64,000 nt of DNA from assembly GCA_035656255.1 (NCBI GenBank), contig DASRSV010000030.1:1338-65337 (forward strand), read 5' to 3'. Below are positions 1 through 8,993 of this stretch, piece after piece. The first letter of the stretch is position 1. Every line of letters begins with the position of its first letter. The notes under the pieces were generated by a model. It saw only the letters and a program-made list of their open reading frames with translations, searched no databases and was not told the DNA's origin. The translations under genes and the position numbers were made by a program. The stretch is from Thermoplasmata archaeon (GTDB taxonomy: Archaea; Thermoplasmatota; Thermoplasmata; Lutacidiplasmatales; UBA184).

Positions 1-555
1 CTCGTGATCCCGGTGCCGGACTCGTCGCGCCCCCAGGCGCTCGGCTTCTCCGAGGTATCGGGGATCCCGTACGCGGAGGGACTGATCAAGAACCGGTTCG
101 TCGAGCGGACGTTCATCCTCCCCGACCAGAAGCGGCGGGAGGAGGAGGTGCGCGTGAAGCTCCACCCGGTGCCGGGGATGCTGAAGGGTCGCCGGATCGT
201 GCTCGTCGACGATTCGATCGTGCGCGGCACCACCCTGCGTGAGATCGTCGGCATGGTCCGGGGCGCCGGGGCGACCTCGATCGACGTCCGGATCGGCTGC
301 CCGCCGATCGTCGCCCCTTGCTACTTCGGGATCGACATGAAGGACCGGCGGCAGCTGGTCGCGGCCGGCCGCACCGAGGAGGAGATCGCCAAGATCGTCG
401 GGGCGGAGTCGGTGAAGTACCTCTCCATCCCGGGGCTGGTGAAGGCGATCGGCTTCCGCGGGGAAGACCTCTGTACGGGCTGCCTTACGGGGCGGTATCC
501 GGTCGACGTTCCCGAAGAGCACCGCCGCTTCCAGAAGAATCTCGAGGAGTTCTAG
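1..555 (+). CDS. purF: Amidophosphoribosyltransferase, C-terminal fragment. The 5' end is truncated by the window edge.
   Basis: Frame-1 ORF open from base 1. The PRTase type-I motif VLVDDSIVRGTT and a conserved PurF C-terminal region are present. Stops at 555. Confidence 0.75.
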   Translation, partial: LVIPVPDSSRPQALGFSEVSGIPYAEGLIKNRFVERTFILPDQKRREEEVRVKLHPVPGMLKGRRIVLVDDSIVRGTTLREIVGMVRGAGATSIDVRIGCPPIVAPCYFGIDMKDRRQLVAAGRTEEEIAKIVGAESVKYLSIPGLVKAIGFRGEDLCTGCLTGRYPVDVPEEHRRFQKNLEEF

Positions 556-559
556 CCCG

Positions 560-1459
560 GTGGCCGGCCCGCGGCTGCTCCGCGCGGGCGGGACCCTCTT
601 CCTCGCGGCGAGCGCGTCGGGAAGATCCACGTTGTTCGAGATCGGCCGATCGCCCGTGGAAGCCGCGGCGATCGTCGAGAATCGGTTCGTTGGGTGGACC
701 AACGACCGGCTGCTCGCCGAACTGCGCGACGCCCCGGAGACCGAGGTGGTCGAACCGGCGCTGGCCGAGTGGCTACGCCGGGAAGGAGTTCGCGGGCAGC
801 TCCTAGGCGCCCCGGAATGGCGCGCGGTCACGCACGAGGCACCGGACCTTCCTCTGCTCCGGGCGTTCCTCCTCGAGCGGGCCCGGCTCGCCCTCGGACG
901 GGCGATCGCGGAGCCCGAGGCCCAGCTCGTGGCGCTCGCCCGCGAGGAGGAACGCACCGAACGGGCAGTCGATCGGGAGGCTGGAGCGGCCGACGCCTGG
1001 ATCACCGGTGGGGCCGTCGACCTGGGAGAACATGCCGACGTCTGGAAGGAGTTCCGGTCCCGATTCGCGGAGCACCATGGCCAGCTCCGGGCCCGGGTCG
1101 AGCGGCTCGCCCGCCGGGTCGTTCCGAACCTTGCCGACGTAGTGGGTCCCCGGACCGCCGCCCGCCTGATCGCGCGCGCCGGCGGTGTCGCGCCCCTCGC
1201 TCGGATGACGGCCGGGCGGATCCAGCTGCTCGGTGCGCGACGTCGCCCGCGTCCGGGGGGACCCCGCTACGGGATCCTGTACTCCGCGCTCGCGACGTTC
1301 GAGCCCCCCGCGGAATCCGCGGGGGCGTTCGCCCGGAGCCTCGCCGCGCTCGCCGCGATCGCCGCCCGTGCGGATGCAACGACCCATCGGGCCATCGGCC
1401 CCGGGCTCGCCCGTCGGCGCGACCGGCGACTGGAGTACCTTCGACGGAGGCGACGATGA
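560..1459 (+). CDS. Nop5/Nop56-family protein (Nop domain), box C/D snoRNP component
   Basis: 299 aa ORF. Its stop overlaps the fibrillarin ATG as ATGA at 1456-1459. Nop5-fibrillarin is a universally conserved archaeal gene pair. The C-terminal helical Nop-like region is recognisable. Confidence 0.6.
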   Translation: MAGPRLLRAGGTLFLAASASGRSTLFEIGRSPVEAAAIVENRFVGWTNDRLLAELRDAPETEVVEPALAEWLRREGVRGQLLGAPEWRAVTHEAPDLPLLRAFLLERARLALGRAIAEPEAQLVALAREEERTERAVDREAGAADAWITGGAVDLGEHADVWKEFRSRFAEHHGQLRARVERLARRVVPNLADVVGPRTAARLIARAGGVAPLARMTAGRIQLLGARRRPRPGGPRYGILYSALATFEPPAESAGAFARSLAALAAIAARADATTHRAIGPGLARRRDRRLEYLRRRRR

Positions 1460-2301
1460 GCGGCTCTTTCCGGACCGACCGCCCCCCGCGCGCATCGAAC
1501 GTCTGGATTCGGGAGGAGGTACCGGCTCCCCAGCCGTACTCGGCCGGGCTCGCCGGCGAACGGCCGGTCTACGGCGAACGGGTGCTCGCTCGCGAAGGCC
1601 GGCACTGGCGTCGGTGGGATCCGCGCCGCAGCAAGCTCTCCGCGGCGTTGGTGCTCGGCTGGACCCAGCCGCTTCCCCGGGACGGCCAGCGCTGGTTGTA
1701 CCTCGGGGCCGCGTCGGGAACGACGGCGTCCCACGTCGCGGACCTGGTCGGAGTGCGCGGGGTAGTGTTCGCCATCGAGCGGAGCGTGCGGCCGTTCGGG
1801 AGGCTGATCGCGACCGCGGAATCGTACCCGAACCTCCTTCCGGTCCTCGCCGACGCGCGCGCTCCGCGGACGTACTCGGGGGACGTCCTCCCCGTCGACG
1901 GGATCTACCTCGATGTCGCGCAACCCGATCAGGTCGAGATCGCGACGGCGAACGCGGAATGGTTCCTCCGCCCAGGGGGCTCCGTCGTGCTCGCGCTCAA
2001 GACCGCGAGCTTGGCCCGCACGGTCGACCCGGCCGCCGAAGCGCGCAAGGCCGCCTCCACGCTGGCCCGGTTCGGTCGCCCGGCGCCGATCCTCGATCTC
2101 GCCCGGTTCCACCGGCGCCACTTTCTCGTCGGGGTCGGGCCGGACGGCGGACCGGCCACCGAACAGGTCGGGTTCAACCGGCCACGCGCGAGCCCCGCTG
2201 GACGACGATGGTCACCACATCCTCGTCGCGAAGGGCGTGCTCCCGACCGACGGTCTGTCCGGGGAACCGGGCGCTCGCGCCCCAGACCTGGGCCGCTTTG
2301 A
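1456..2301 (+). CDS. flpA: Fibrillarin-like rRNA/tRNA 2'-O-methyltransferase
   Basis: ATG at 1456 (MSGSFRTDRP...). SAM-MTase motifs LYLGAASGTTASHVADLV and GIYLDVAQPDQ are present. The canonical C-terminus (RFHRRHFLVGVG) lies near 2140, but the frame stays open to 2301, giving a roughly 50 aa low-complexity tail. Confidence 0.8.
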   Translation: MSGSFRTDRPPRASNVWIREEVPAPQPYSAGLAGERPVYGERVLAREGRHWRRWDPRRSKLSAALVLGWTQPLPRDGQRWLYLGAASGTTASHVADLVGVRGVVFAIERSVRPFGRLIATAESYPNLLPVLADARAPRTYSGDVLPVDGIYLDVAQPDQVEIATANAEWFLRPGGSVVLALKTASLARTVDPAAEARKAASTLARFGRPAPILDLARFHRRHFLVGVGPDGGPATEQVGFNRPRASPAGRRWSPHPRREGRAPDRRSVRGTGRSRPRPGPL

Positions 2302-3292
2302 ACGCGGCCTCGAGCTCCCCCGGGAGGCGGCGCAGGAGGTCCGCGATCTTCTGTCCCCGCCGAAGAATGACGGGCTCCTCCTTGTCGGGGGGCCGGCCGG
2401 GCGGCTTGACGTAGATCCGGATGAACTCGAGCGCGTCCCCGATCTTCTCGACCAGCTGGTCGAGGCGGAGCCCGGTCTTGGCCGAGACGAAGGTCGGGAC
2501 GAACGGCCGCAGGGCGATGCGGAGCCGCTCCATCTCGGCGTTGGAGAGCAGGTCCGACTTGTTCACGGCGAGGATCGCCGGGAGGTAGACCCGATTGCCG
2601 GCGAGCGCGTCGATCAACTGGTCCGAGGTGGCGTCCTCGCGGATGATGATCGAACCGTTGTGCAGTTCGAACTCCCGAGCGATCCCCGCGGCGACGCCCC
2701 CGCCGAGGTGCGAGAGCTTGACCGTGCTCGAAACGGTCAGACCGCCCTTGTCGGTCGTCGCGATGGCGATCCGCGGCGGTCGACCGTTCACGCGCACCCC
2801 GGCCCCCTCGAGCTCCTCGACGAGCCCGCGCAGGTCGAGATGTTCCGGGTCGACGAGGAACAGGATGAGGTCCGTCGAGCGGACGACCGAGAGGACCTCT
2901 CGCCCCCGCCCCCGGCCCTTGGACGCCCCGGGCACGAGCCCGGGCATGTCGAGGATCTGGATCGAGGCGCCGCCGTACCGGAGCATTCCGGGGATGATCG
3001 AGACCGTCGTGAAGTCGTAGGCGCCGACCGCGCTGTCGGCCGACGTGATCCGGTTCAGGAGGGTCGACTTACCGACCGAAGGGTAGCCGACCAGCCCCAC
3101 CGTCGCGTGGCCCGACTTTCGGACCCCGTATCCGAGCCCTCCGCCGCCGCCCTTCGATCGCCGTTCCTTCTCGATGCGCGCCGCGGCGAGCTTGGCCTTG
3201 AGCTTCCCCAGGTGGAGCTGCGTCGCCTTGTTGGACGGTGTCTTGCGGATCTCCTCCTCCAAGGCGGCGATCTGCTCGTCGATCGCGCCCAT
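2174..3292 (-). CDS. Developmentally regulated GTP-binding protein (DRG/Obg family) with a TGS domain
   Basis: 372 aa. N-terminus MGAIDEQIAALEEEIRKTPSNKATQLHLGKLKAKL is typical of DRG. G1 motif GYPSVGKSTLL, G3 DMPGL, G4 NKSD. C-terminal TGS-like region. A GAGGAG sits 8 nt upstream of the ATG. Confidence 0.85.
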   Translation of the reverse strand: MGAIDEQIAALEEEIRKTPSNKATQLHLGKLKAKLAAARIEKERRSKGGGGGLGYGVRKSGHATVGLVGYPSVGKSTLLNRITSADSAVGAYDFTTVSIIPGMLRYGGASIQILDMPGLVPGASKGRGRGREVLSVVRSTDLILFLVDPEHLDLRGLVEELEGAGVRVNGRPPRIAIATTDKGGLTVSSTVKLSHLGGGVAAGIAREFELHNGSIIIREDATSDQLIDALAGNRVYLPAILAVNKSDLLSNAEMERLRIALRPFVPTFVSAKTGLRLDQLVEKIGDALEFIRIYVKPPGRPPDKEEPVILRRGQKIADLLRRLPGELEAAFKAAQVWGASARFPGQTVGREHALRDEDVVTIVVQRGSRVAG

Positions 3293-3501
3293 CGATCCGT
3301 GCTCCTCGACGATTCATCGCGGACGATACTTGACTGTGGCGAACTCGGCGGGCCGGCGGCGCGAATCGCGCCAGAGGTCGAAGCCCCACCTCGATCCAGC
3401 TTCGAGGGAGGGACGGGATTCATCCTTCGGCGGTGGGCGGGGGACTATCGTCCCGCCCTCCGAGCGCCGGCCGTCTCCGCCCCCACCGGAGAGGAGCCCG
3501 G

Positions 3502-5886
3502 ATGGTTCGCGCCTACCGAGTCCGCGCCGGCATCCTACGGCTGGAACCGGACGACCGAGAGGCGTTCATCGCTGGACTCCACGGGGCCGTCGCCGCGGCG
3601 TTCGGCTACGGGGTGAGGCTCGGAGTACGGTGGCGCTCCGGACCCCTCGGGGGCGTCGAGCTTCTAGTGCCGGGCGCGAGGGGACTCGCGTGGAGTCGCC
3701 GGTTCCTCGTCCCTCTGTTCTCGCCGGACCGTCTTACCGAGCTCGGACCCGAAGACACGCTCCGGCCGATCGGCCCACCCCAGCGGGAATCAGTACGGGG
3801 ACCCTTGCCCCCGCTGTTGTCGGCGGGGGACGGACACCATGGCTCGTGGACCGAGACGGCGCTGGGTGGGCTCTTCGGGCTCCCGAACGGTATCACGGTC
3901 GATTTCGAGCTCCGTCCGGGTGCCGGCCTCGGGCCGCCCTCGCCCGCGCCCCGTCCGCCGGGGCTGGAGGCGATCGCGGTCCCCGACCATCATCGTCTCG
4001 CGCCGCTGACCGGCTTCGAACGAGAGAGGCGCGACCGGATCGATCTCGCGGTGACCCGGGTCCGGTGGGGGCTGGTCGGTCGCCTCCACTCGAGACTGCC
4101 CGGATCGCTCACCGAACGAGCCGCCGACCTCCTCGGGGCGCACGATGGCGTCGACCTTGGGGGCGGCTTTGCGTTCCGTCGTTGCGGGGGTCGGCGGCGC
4201 ACCGCGGATACCGTGCCGGTCGGCGACGCGACGGTGGCCGCTCTGTTCCCGTTGCCGTGGATACGAATCCCGGAGTCGGCGAGCGGTGCCCCTTCGAACC
4301 CTGTCGGCCCCGAAATCGGCCGGTCGGGAGACGGCGCGGTCTACCGTCTCCCGTGGACACCGGACGAGGGTCGCCATCTTGTGACGGTGGGCGAGACCGG
4401 CATGGGAAAGAGCACGCTGCTCGTTTCGCTGGCACGGCAGGCGCTCGACCGGCACGCCGCCGTTGTGCTCCTCGATCCGGTCGGCGATACCGGCCGCGAG
4501 CTCGTCCGACGACTGTCGCCCGCGCAGGCCGAGCGGGCCACGTGGGTCTCGGCGGCGTTCGCCCCCCGGGGGATCAACGCGCTGAGCGGGATCGGTACGG
4601 CGGAGCCGGGACCCCGGGAGCGGATCGTCGGAGACCTGGTCACCGCGCTCCGCCGCGTCCGCCTCCAACGGTTCCCCGAGTCTTCGTTCTGGGGACCGAG
4701 GATCGAGGAGATGGTTCGGCGAGCGGTGCTCGTGGCGGCGCGGATCCCCCGCGGGACGCTCGTGGAGGCGGAGGGGCTCCTCGATCCAGCCGGCCGCGTT
4801 CCGGTGGGTCTCGCCGGGCCGGAGGCGCAGTCCGCCGCCGCCCTGCGAGCGCGCGTGGTCGGACGCCCGGACGATGTGGAGGGCGCCCGGCGGCTCCTGT
4901 CCGAGATCACGCGGAACGCCGTCCTTCGACCGATGCTCTGCGCTGCGGAGCCCGATTGGACGCTGGCGGGAGCGGTCGCGCCCGATGCGTTGACGGTGGT
5001 GACCGGCGACGCGTGCGAGGTCGGTGAAACGGCGGCGCGATACCTCCTCGCCGTCTATCTGGGGCTGCTGTGGCCCGAGGTCCTGGCGCGGGCGGAGCGC
5101 TCCAAGGTGGTCGTCGTGCTCGACGAAGCCCAATGGTACGCCCACGCGAGCCTCGGTGAGATGCTCCGACTCGGTCGCCGGTTCAATCTCCACGCCTGGA
5201 TCGCCACGCAGTCGCTCGACGCGATGCCCGAGGAGGTGCGGGAGGCGGCGTTAACGAACGCCTCGGACTTTGTCGTCTTTCGCGGGGCGCCGTCCCACTC
5301 CCGAGAGCTGGCCCGCTGGACGAGCGGGCTCACCGAGGGGAGTTTCCTTCGGCTGGGACGCGGTCGCGCGATCGCCTTCCTCGGAAAGGGCGAGCGCGTC
5401 GAACCGCTCGAAGTGACGGTCTGCGGCGAGCCCGAACGACCGGGGAACGAACGTCGGGTGCTCGACCGATCCCGCGAACGCGCGCGGGACGAGCAGGGAC
5501 GGTCGTCACACGTGGAGTCGTCCGACCCGCCGGGAGGATCCGCCGTCGCGTCGGAGTCGTCCCGGGGGGAGACCGAGATCGTCGAGGTCCTGGCGACGGC
5601 CGCTAGCCTCGTCGGTTCGGCGGAGTTCCGAGCCCACACCGCGACCCTCCGAGCGGTCCTTGACGTGAAGGGTGACGCCCTTCGGCGAGTTGGGGCACTC
5701 CTCCAGCGGGAGGGAGTGCTCCTCGCGACGGGCCGGGACTGGATCGGAACGGTGTGGCGCCTCTCGCGGGAGCGCCTCGCGGCCCTCGCTGCGAAGGGGC
5801 CGGCGCCTTCGACGCAAGCCCGCGAGGGAGGGGCGGCCGCGGAAATCGTGCGGCGGGAAGGGCGTGCCGCGGTCGGGAAGCATTAA
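3502..5886 (+). CDS. P-loop NTPase of the HerA/FtsK/VirB4-like (COG0433-type) class with novel N- and C-terminal regions
   Basis: ATG at 3502, with GGAGAGGAG 8 nt upstream. Walker A VGETGMGKSTLL, Walker B VVVVLDEAQ, followed by IATQSL. The N-terminal roughly 290 aa and C-terminal roughly 190 aa have no recognisable motifs. The six-frame ORF begins at 3433, but the RBS favours 3502. Confidence 0.6.
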   Translation: MVRAYRVRAGILRLEPDDREAFIAGLHGAVAAAFGYGVRLGVRWRSGPLGGVELLVPGARGLAWSRRFLVPLFSPDRLTELGPEDTLRPIGPPQRESVRGPLPPLLSAGDGHHGSWTETALGGLFGLPNGITVDFELRPGAGLGPPSPAPRPPGLEAIAVPDHHRLAPLTGFERERRDRIDLAVTRVRWGLVGRLHSRLPGSLTERAADLLGAHDGVDLGGGFAFRRCGGRRRTADTVPVGDATVAALFPLPWIRIPESASGAPSNPVGPEIGRSGDGAVYRLPWTPDEGRHLVTVGETGMGKSTLLVSLARQALDRHAAVVLLDPVGDTGRELVRRLSPAQAERATWVSAAFAPRGINALSGIGTAEPGPRERIVGDLVTALRRVRLQRFPESSFWGPRIEEMVRRAVLVAARIPRGTLVEAEGLLDPAGRVPVGLAGPEAQSAAALRARVVGRPDDVEGARRLLSEITRNAVLRPMLCAAEPDWTLAGAVAPDALTVVTGDACEVGETAARYLLAVYLGLLWPEVLARAERSKVVVVLDEAQWYAHASLGEMLRLGRRFNLHAWIATQSLDAMPEEVREAALTNASDFVVFRGAPSHSRELARWTSGLTEGSFLRLGRGRAIAFLGKGERVEPLEVTVCGEPERPGNERRVLDRSRERARDEQGRSSHVESSDPPGGSAVASESSRGETEIVEVLATAASLVGSAEFRAHTATLRAVLDVKGDALRRVGALLQREGVLLATGRDWIGTVWRLSRERLAALAAKGPAPSTQAREGGAAAEIVRREGRAAVGKH

Positions 5887-5913
5887 TCGTTCGACCCCTG
5901 CTAGTTATCCAGT

Positions 5914-6693
5914 GTGACCGTCCTCGCCGACGCGCTCCCCGCGTCGTCGCCCCCCGCGCTCGAGCGGTGCCGCACCGGCATCGAGGGGCTCGACAACGTG
6001 CTCTCCGGCGGGATCCCCCGCGGGAACACGGTGCTCGTCTCGGGCAACGTGGGGACGGGCAAGACGACGCTGTCGCTCGAATTCCTGGTTCGCGGCGCCG
6101 AAGCCGGGGAGAAGGGTCTCTTCCTCTCCGTGACGGAGGCGTCCGCCCGACTCATCCAGAACCTCGCGACGTTCGAGTTCTTCCGGCCCGAGCTTGTCGA
6201 CACGCGCCAGATCGTCTTCGTCGACATGCCGGTCCTCTACCAGAAGCTCGGCCTGCACCCGGACGAGCTCACCTCGGACGACATCGACGTCCTCGTGCGG
6301 AACCTGGCCGGGCTCGCGAAGGAGGTCGGGGCGAAGCGCGTCGTCGTCGATTCGCTCACGTCGGTCCTGTACCGCATCCGGCAGCCGGAGCGGGTGCGCG
6401 AATTCGTGCTCAAGGTGAGCCAGGCGCTCAACGAGCTCGACTGCACGACACTGTTCGTGAGCGAACTCGGGGGGACGGCGGGTCCGCTCGCGGGCCACGG
6501 CGTGGAGGAGGCGATCGTGGACGGCGTGATCGTCCTCGGCAACACCCGACGGCAGGGGGACATCCTGCGCGTACTCCAGGTCGTGAAGATGCGCGGGACA
6601 CCGCACTCGCGCGCGCAGTACGTGATCGAGCTCAGCCCGATCGGGCTCCTCATGGCGCCCCACCTGAAGGGCGGCCGCTCCGAGGGGGCGTAG
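5914..6693 (+). CDS. KaiC-like/RecA-superfamily ATPase with intact Walker A and B
   Basis: GTG start at 5914, 29 nt downstream of an ATTAAT element. IEGLDNVLSGGIPRGNTVLVSGNVGTGKTTLSLEF is a classic KaiC/RadA N-terminus. Walker B is RVVVDSLT. Confidence 0.75.
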   Translation: MTVLADALPASSPPALERCRTGIEGLDNVLSGGIPRGNTVLVSGNVGTGKTTLSLEFLVRGAEAGEKGLFLSVTEASARLIQNLATFEFFRPELVDTRQIVFVDMPVLYQKLGLHPDELTSDDIDVLVRNLAGLAKEVGAKRVVVDSLTSVLYRIRQPERVREFVLKVSQALNELDCTTLFVSELGGTAGPLAGHGVEEAIVDGVIVLGNTRRQGDILRVLQVVKMRGTPHSRAQYVIELSPIGLLMAPHLKGGRSEGA

Positions 6694-6695
6694 TC

Positions 6696-7277
6696 GTGCC
6701 CGGCCCGGCAGGCGTAGCGGACCGCCTCCGCGCGCTGAGCGGGGGGTCGGCGGTCGCCCTCCGGCTGCGTCCCGAGCAGTACGCCGACCAGTACTTCGCG
6801 GCCCTCAACGCCACCCTCCGCGAGCTCGGGATGGAGACCCAGGGGCAGACGATCTTCGTCTCGGTGACCAACCCGGCGTCGCTCGTCTGGTCGCTCGCCC
6901 AGGCGCTGGACGTCCCGGCCGACCGGATCCAGTTCGTGGACGCGATCAGCCACACGATGATGAACTACCGCGACCCGCTCCCGAACGCGACGTACGTCGA
7001 GAGCCCGCGCATGCTCGAGAACATCATGCTCCGCGTCGAGTACCTGCTCAGGAAGCACCCGAACCCGCGGACGATCGTCGTCGTCGACAGCGTGAACACG
7101 CTCGCCATCCACAACTCGCCCGACCTCCTCTCGGAGTTCTTCCACATCCTGCTGAACAATCTCAAGAGCCGCCAGGTGCTCACCGTCCTGCTCGCCGTCG
7201 CCGACGACGCCAACCCCGACATCGACCAGATGCTCTCTCTGGTCGTCGACGAGACGATCGACGTCGCGGCCGGGTGA
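6696..7277 (+). CDS. KaiC/RecA-like fold protein with a degenerate P-loop (paralog 2)
   Basis: GTG at 6696, 2 nt after the stop of the upstream gene. Walker-B-like TIVVVDSVNTLA is present. The P-loop position reads QTIFVSVTNPAS (no GKT). 193 aa. Confidence 0.5.
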   Translation: MPGPAGVADRLRALSGGSAVALRLRPEQYADQYFAALNATLRELGMETQGQTIFVSVTNPASLVWSLAQALDVPADRIQFVDAISHTMMNYRDPLPNATYVESPRMLENIMLRVEYLLRKHPNPRTIVVVDSVNTLAIHNSPDLLSEFFHILLNNLKSRQVLTVLLAVADDANPDIDQMLSLVVDETIDVAAG

Positions 7278-7284
7278 GCGCTTC

Positions 7285-8061
7285 ATGGTGGTCGACCCAG
7301 TCTTCGGCATCGCCGAGATCGACGAGCCGTTCGTCCCCTTCCTCCCGGTCGGCTGGACCGGGCTCATCTCGGGGTCGACGGGAACGCACCTGCTCGCGAA
7401 GCAGTTCGCCCGCGTCGGGATCGGGACGATGCCGGTCCTGTACTACACGACCTACGAGCGGGTCGCCGACGTCGAGCGCGCGTTCCACGACTTCGGCTGG
7501 GACGCCTCCGGCATGCAGGTGCGCAATCTCGCGGGGGAGTACTACGATGAGGTGCTCGCGCGCGAGCTCGCGATCGCCCGCGTCCGCGACCGCGGGATCC
7601 GCCTGGACGAGCTCAACGGGGAGGACCGCGTGCACGTTCCCCCCCGCTCCTACGACCTCCCCCGTCGCATCGTCGCCGACCTCGCGGCGCTCGACAGCCG
7701 CTTCCGCTTCGTCCTCGACTCGGTCGACTTCCTGCTCGACGTCTGCCCCGCGCCCGAGGTCGTCAACCTCGCCCGGCAGGTGCGCTACCGGGCCCAGGCG
7801 CTCGGCGGCCAAGCGTTCCTCGTCATCCGGCCCGAGATCCACGACAAGCGGACGACCGGGGCGCTCGAGGACCTCAGCGACGTCATCGTCCGTCTTTCGG
7901 CCGAGTCGTCGACCGAGGGGGCCCGCCTGACCGTCGGGATCGACAAGGTACGGAACCACCCGGAACGCGGCCGGCTCGTCCACCTCGGCGTCGGGCCCAC
8001 CGGGCTCACGGTGGCCGGCGCGGACGGTGACCCCAGCGCCACCAAGTCAAAGTCGCGCTAG
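7285..8061 (+). CDS. KaiC/RecA-like fold protein with a degenerate P-loop (paralog 3)
   Basis: ATG 7 nt after the previous stop. GLISGSTGTHLLA occupies the P-loop position and RFRFVLDSVDFLL is Walker-B-like. 258 aa. Confidence 0.55.
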   Translation: MVVDPVFGIAEIDEPFVPFLPVGWTGLISGSTGTHLLAKQFARVGIGTMPVLYYTTYERVADVERAFHDFGWDASGMQVRNLAGEYYDEVLARELAIARVRDRGIRLDELNGEDRVHVPPRSYDLPRRIVADLAALDSRFRFVLDSVDFLLDVCPAPEVVNLARQVRYRAQALGGQAFLVIRPEIHDKRTTGALEDLSDVIVRLSAESSTEGARLTVGIDKVRNHPERGRLVHLGVGPTGLTVAGADGDPSATKSKSR

Positions 8062-8108
8062 TACACGTTAATTAGCGCCCGTCGGTCAGAATACTCCGGG
8101 AGTCCCGG

Positions 8109-8885
8109 ATGGAAGACGTCCTCGTCCGCATGCTGGACAAGGTCCAGCTCACGAACCCGGTGTTCGTCGAAGGCCTCCCCGGCGTGGGGAACGTCGGCAA
8201 GCTCGCGGCCGACTACCTCAAGGAGAAGCTCGGGGCCAAACCGCTGGCGACGATCCACTCGAAGTTCTTCCCGCCGCAGGTCTACGTGAACGAGGAGGGG
8301 ATCATCCGCCTCGTCTCGAACGAGCTCGCCTACTGGAAGGCGAAGGGGTCGGGCCAGCGCGACCTCCTGATCCTGGGCGGCGACTACCAAGGGATCTCCC
8401 CCGAAGGACAGTACGAGCTGACCCAGAAGACGCTCGAGATTGTCCACCAGCACGGCGCGAAGGAGCTCTACACGCTCGCGGGCTTCGCTCAGGGCCACGT
8501 CGTCGAGACGCCGCGCGTCCTCGGCGCCGCGACCTCGATGGAGCGCGTCGAGGCGCTCAAGAAGCACGGCGTCGTCTTCTCCCGCAACGACCCCGGCGGC
8601 GGGCTCATCGGGGCGAGCGGCCTCTTCCTCGGCCTCGGACGCCTCTTCGACATGGAGGGGGTCTGTCTGATGGGGGAGACCAGCGGCTACTTCGTCGACC
8701 CGCGGAGCGCCGAGGCGGTCCTGAAGGTCCTCGCGAAGGTCCTCAACATCGACCTCGACTTCTCGGACCTCGAGGCGAAGGCGAAGGAGATCGACCGGAT
8801 CGCCCAGAAGATCCACGAGGTCGAGGCGAAGGGGGCCGAGTCGTCCCCGACGTCCACGCGCGAAGACCTGGGATACATCGGCTAG
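8109..8885 (+). CDS. PAC2-family proteasome assembly chaperone
   Basis: 258 aa. FVEGLPGVGNVGKLAADYL N-terminal motif and overall PAC2/PbaA-like architecture. An AT-rich TTAATTA element lies upstream at 8068. Confidence 0.7.
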   Translation: MEDVLVRMLDKVQLTNPVFVEGLPGVGNVGKLAADYLKEKLGAKPLATIHSKFFPPQVYVNEEGIIRLVSNELAYWKAKGSGQRDLLILGGDYQGISPEGQYELTQKTLEIVHQHGAKELYTLAGFAQGHVVETPRVLGAATSMERVEALKKHGVVFSRNDPGGGLIGASGLFLGLGRLFDMEGVCLMGETSGYFVDPRSAEAVLKVLAKVLNIDLDFSDLEAKAKEIDRIAQKIHEVEAKGAESSPTSTREDLGYIG

Positions 8886-8993
8886 GCCTCGGGTCGCCCC
8901 GGGCCCGAGCCGCGTCCGATGAACCGCGATGCGAGGCGCGGGGGAGCGCGCACGCCGGATCGGTCGGAGGGGATTCACACCGTCCCGGCCGCG

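Noticed and set aside
318-3616. Multiple long overlapping ORFs (e.g. 318-806, 803-1495, 1233-2414, 1913-3616) in alternative frames over purF, nop5, flpA and DRG
   Set aside because: These are Arg/Pro/Gly-rich low-complexity translations typical of shadow ORFs in high-GC DNA. Each overlaps a gene with clear conserved motifs in another frame.
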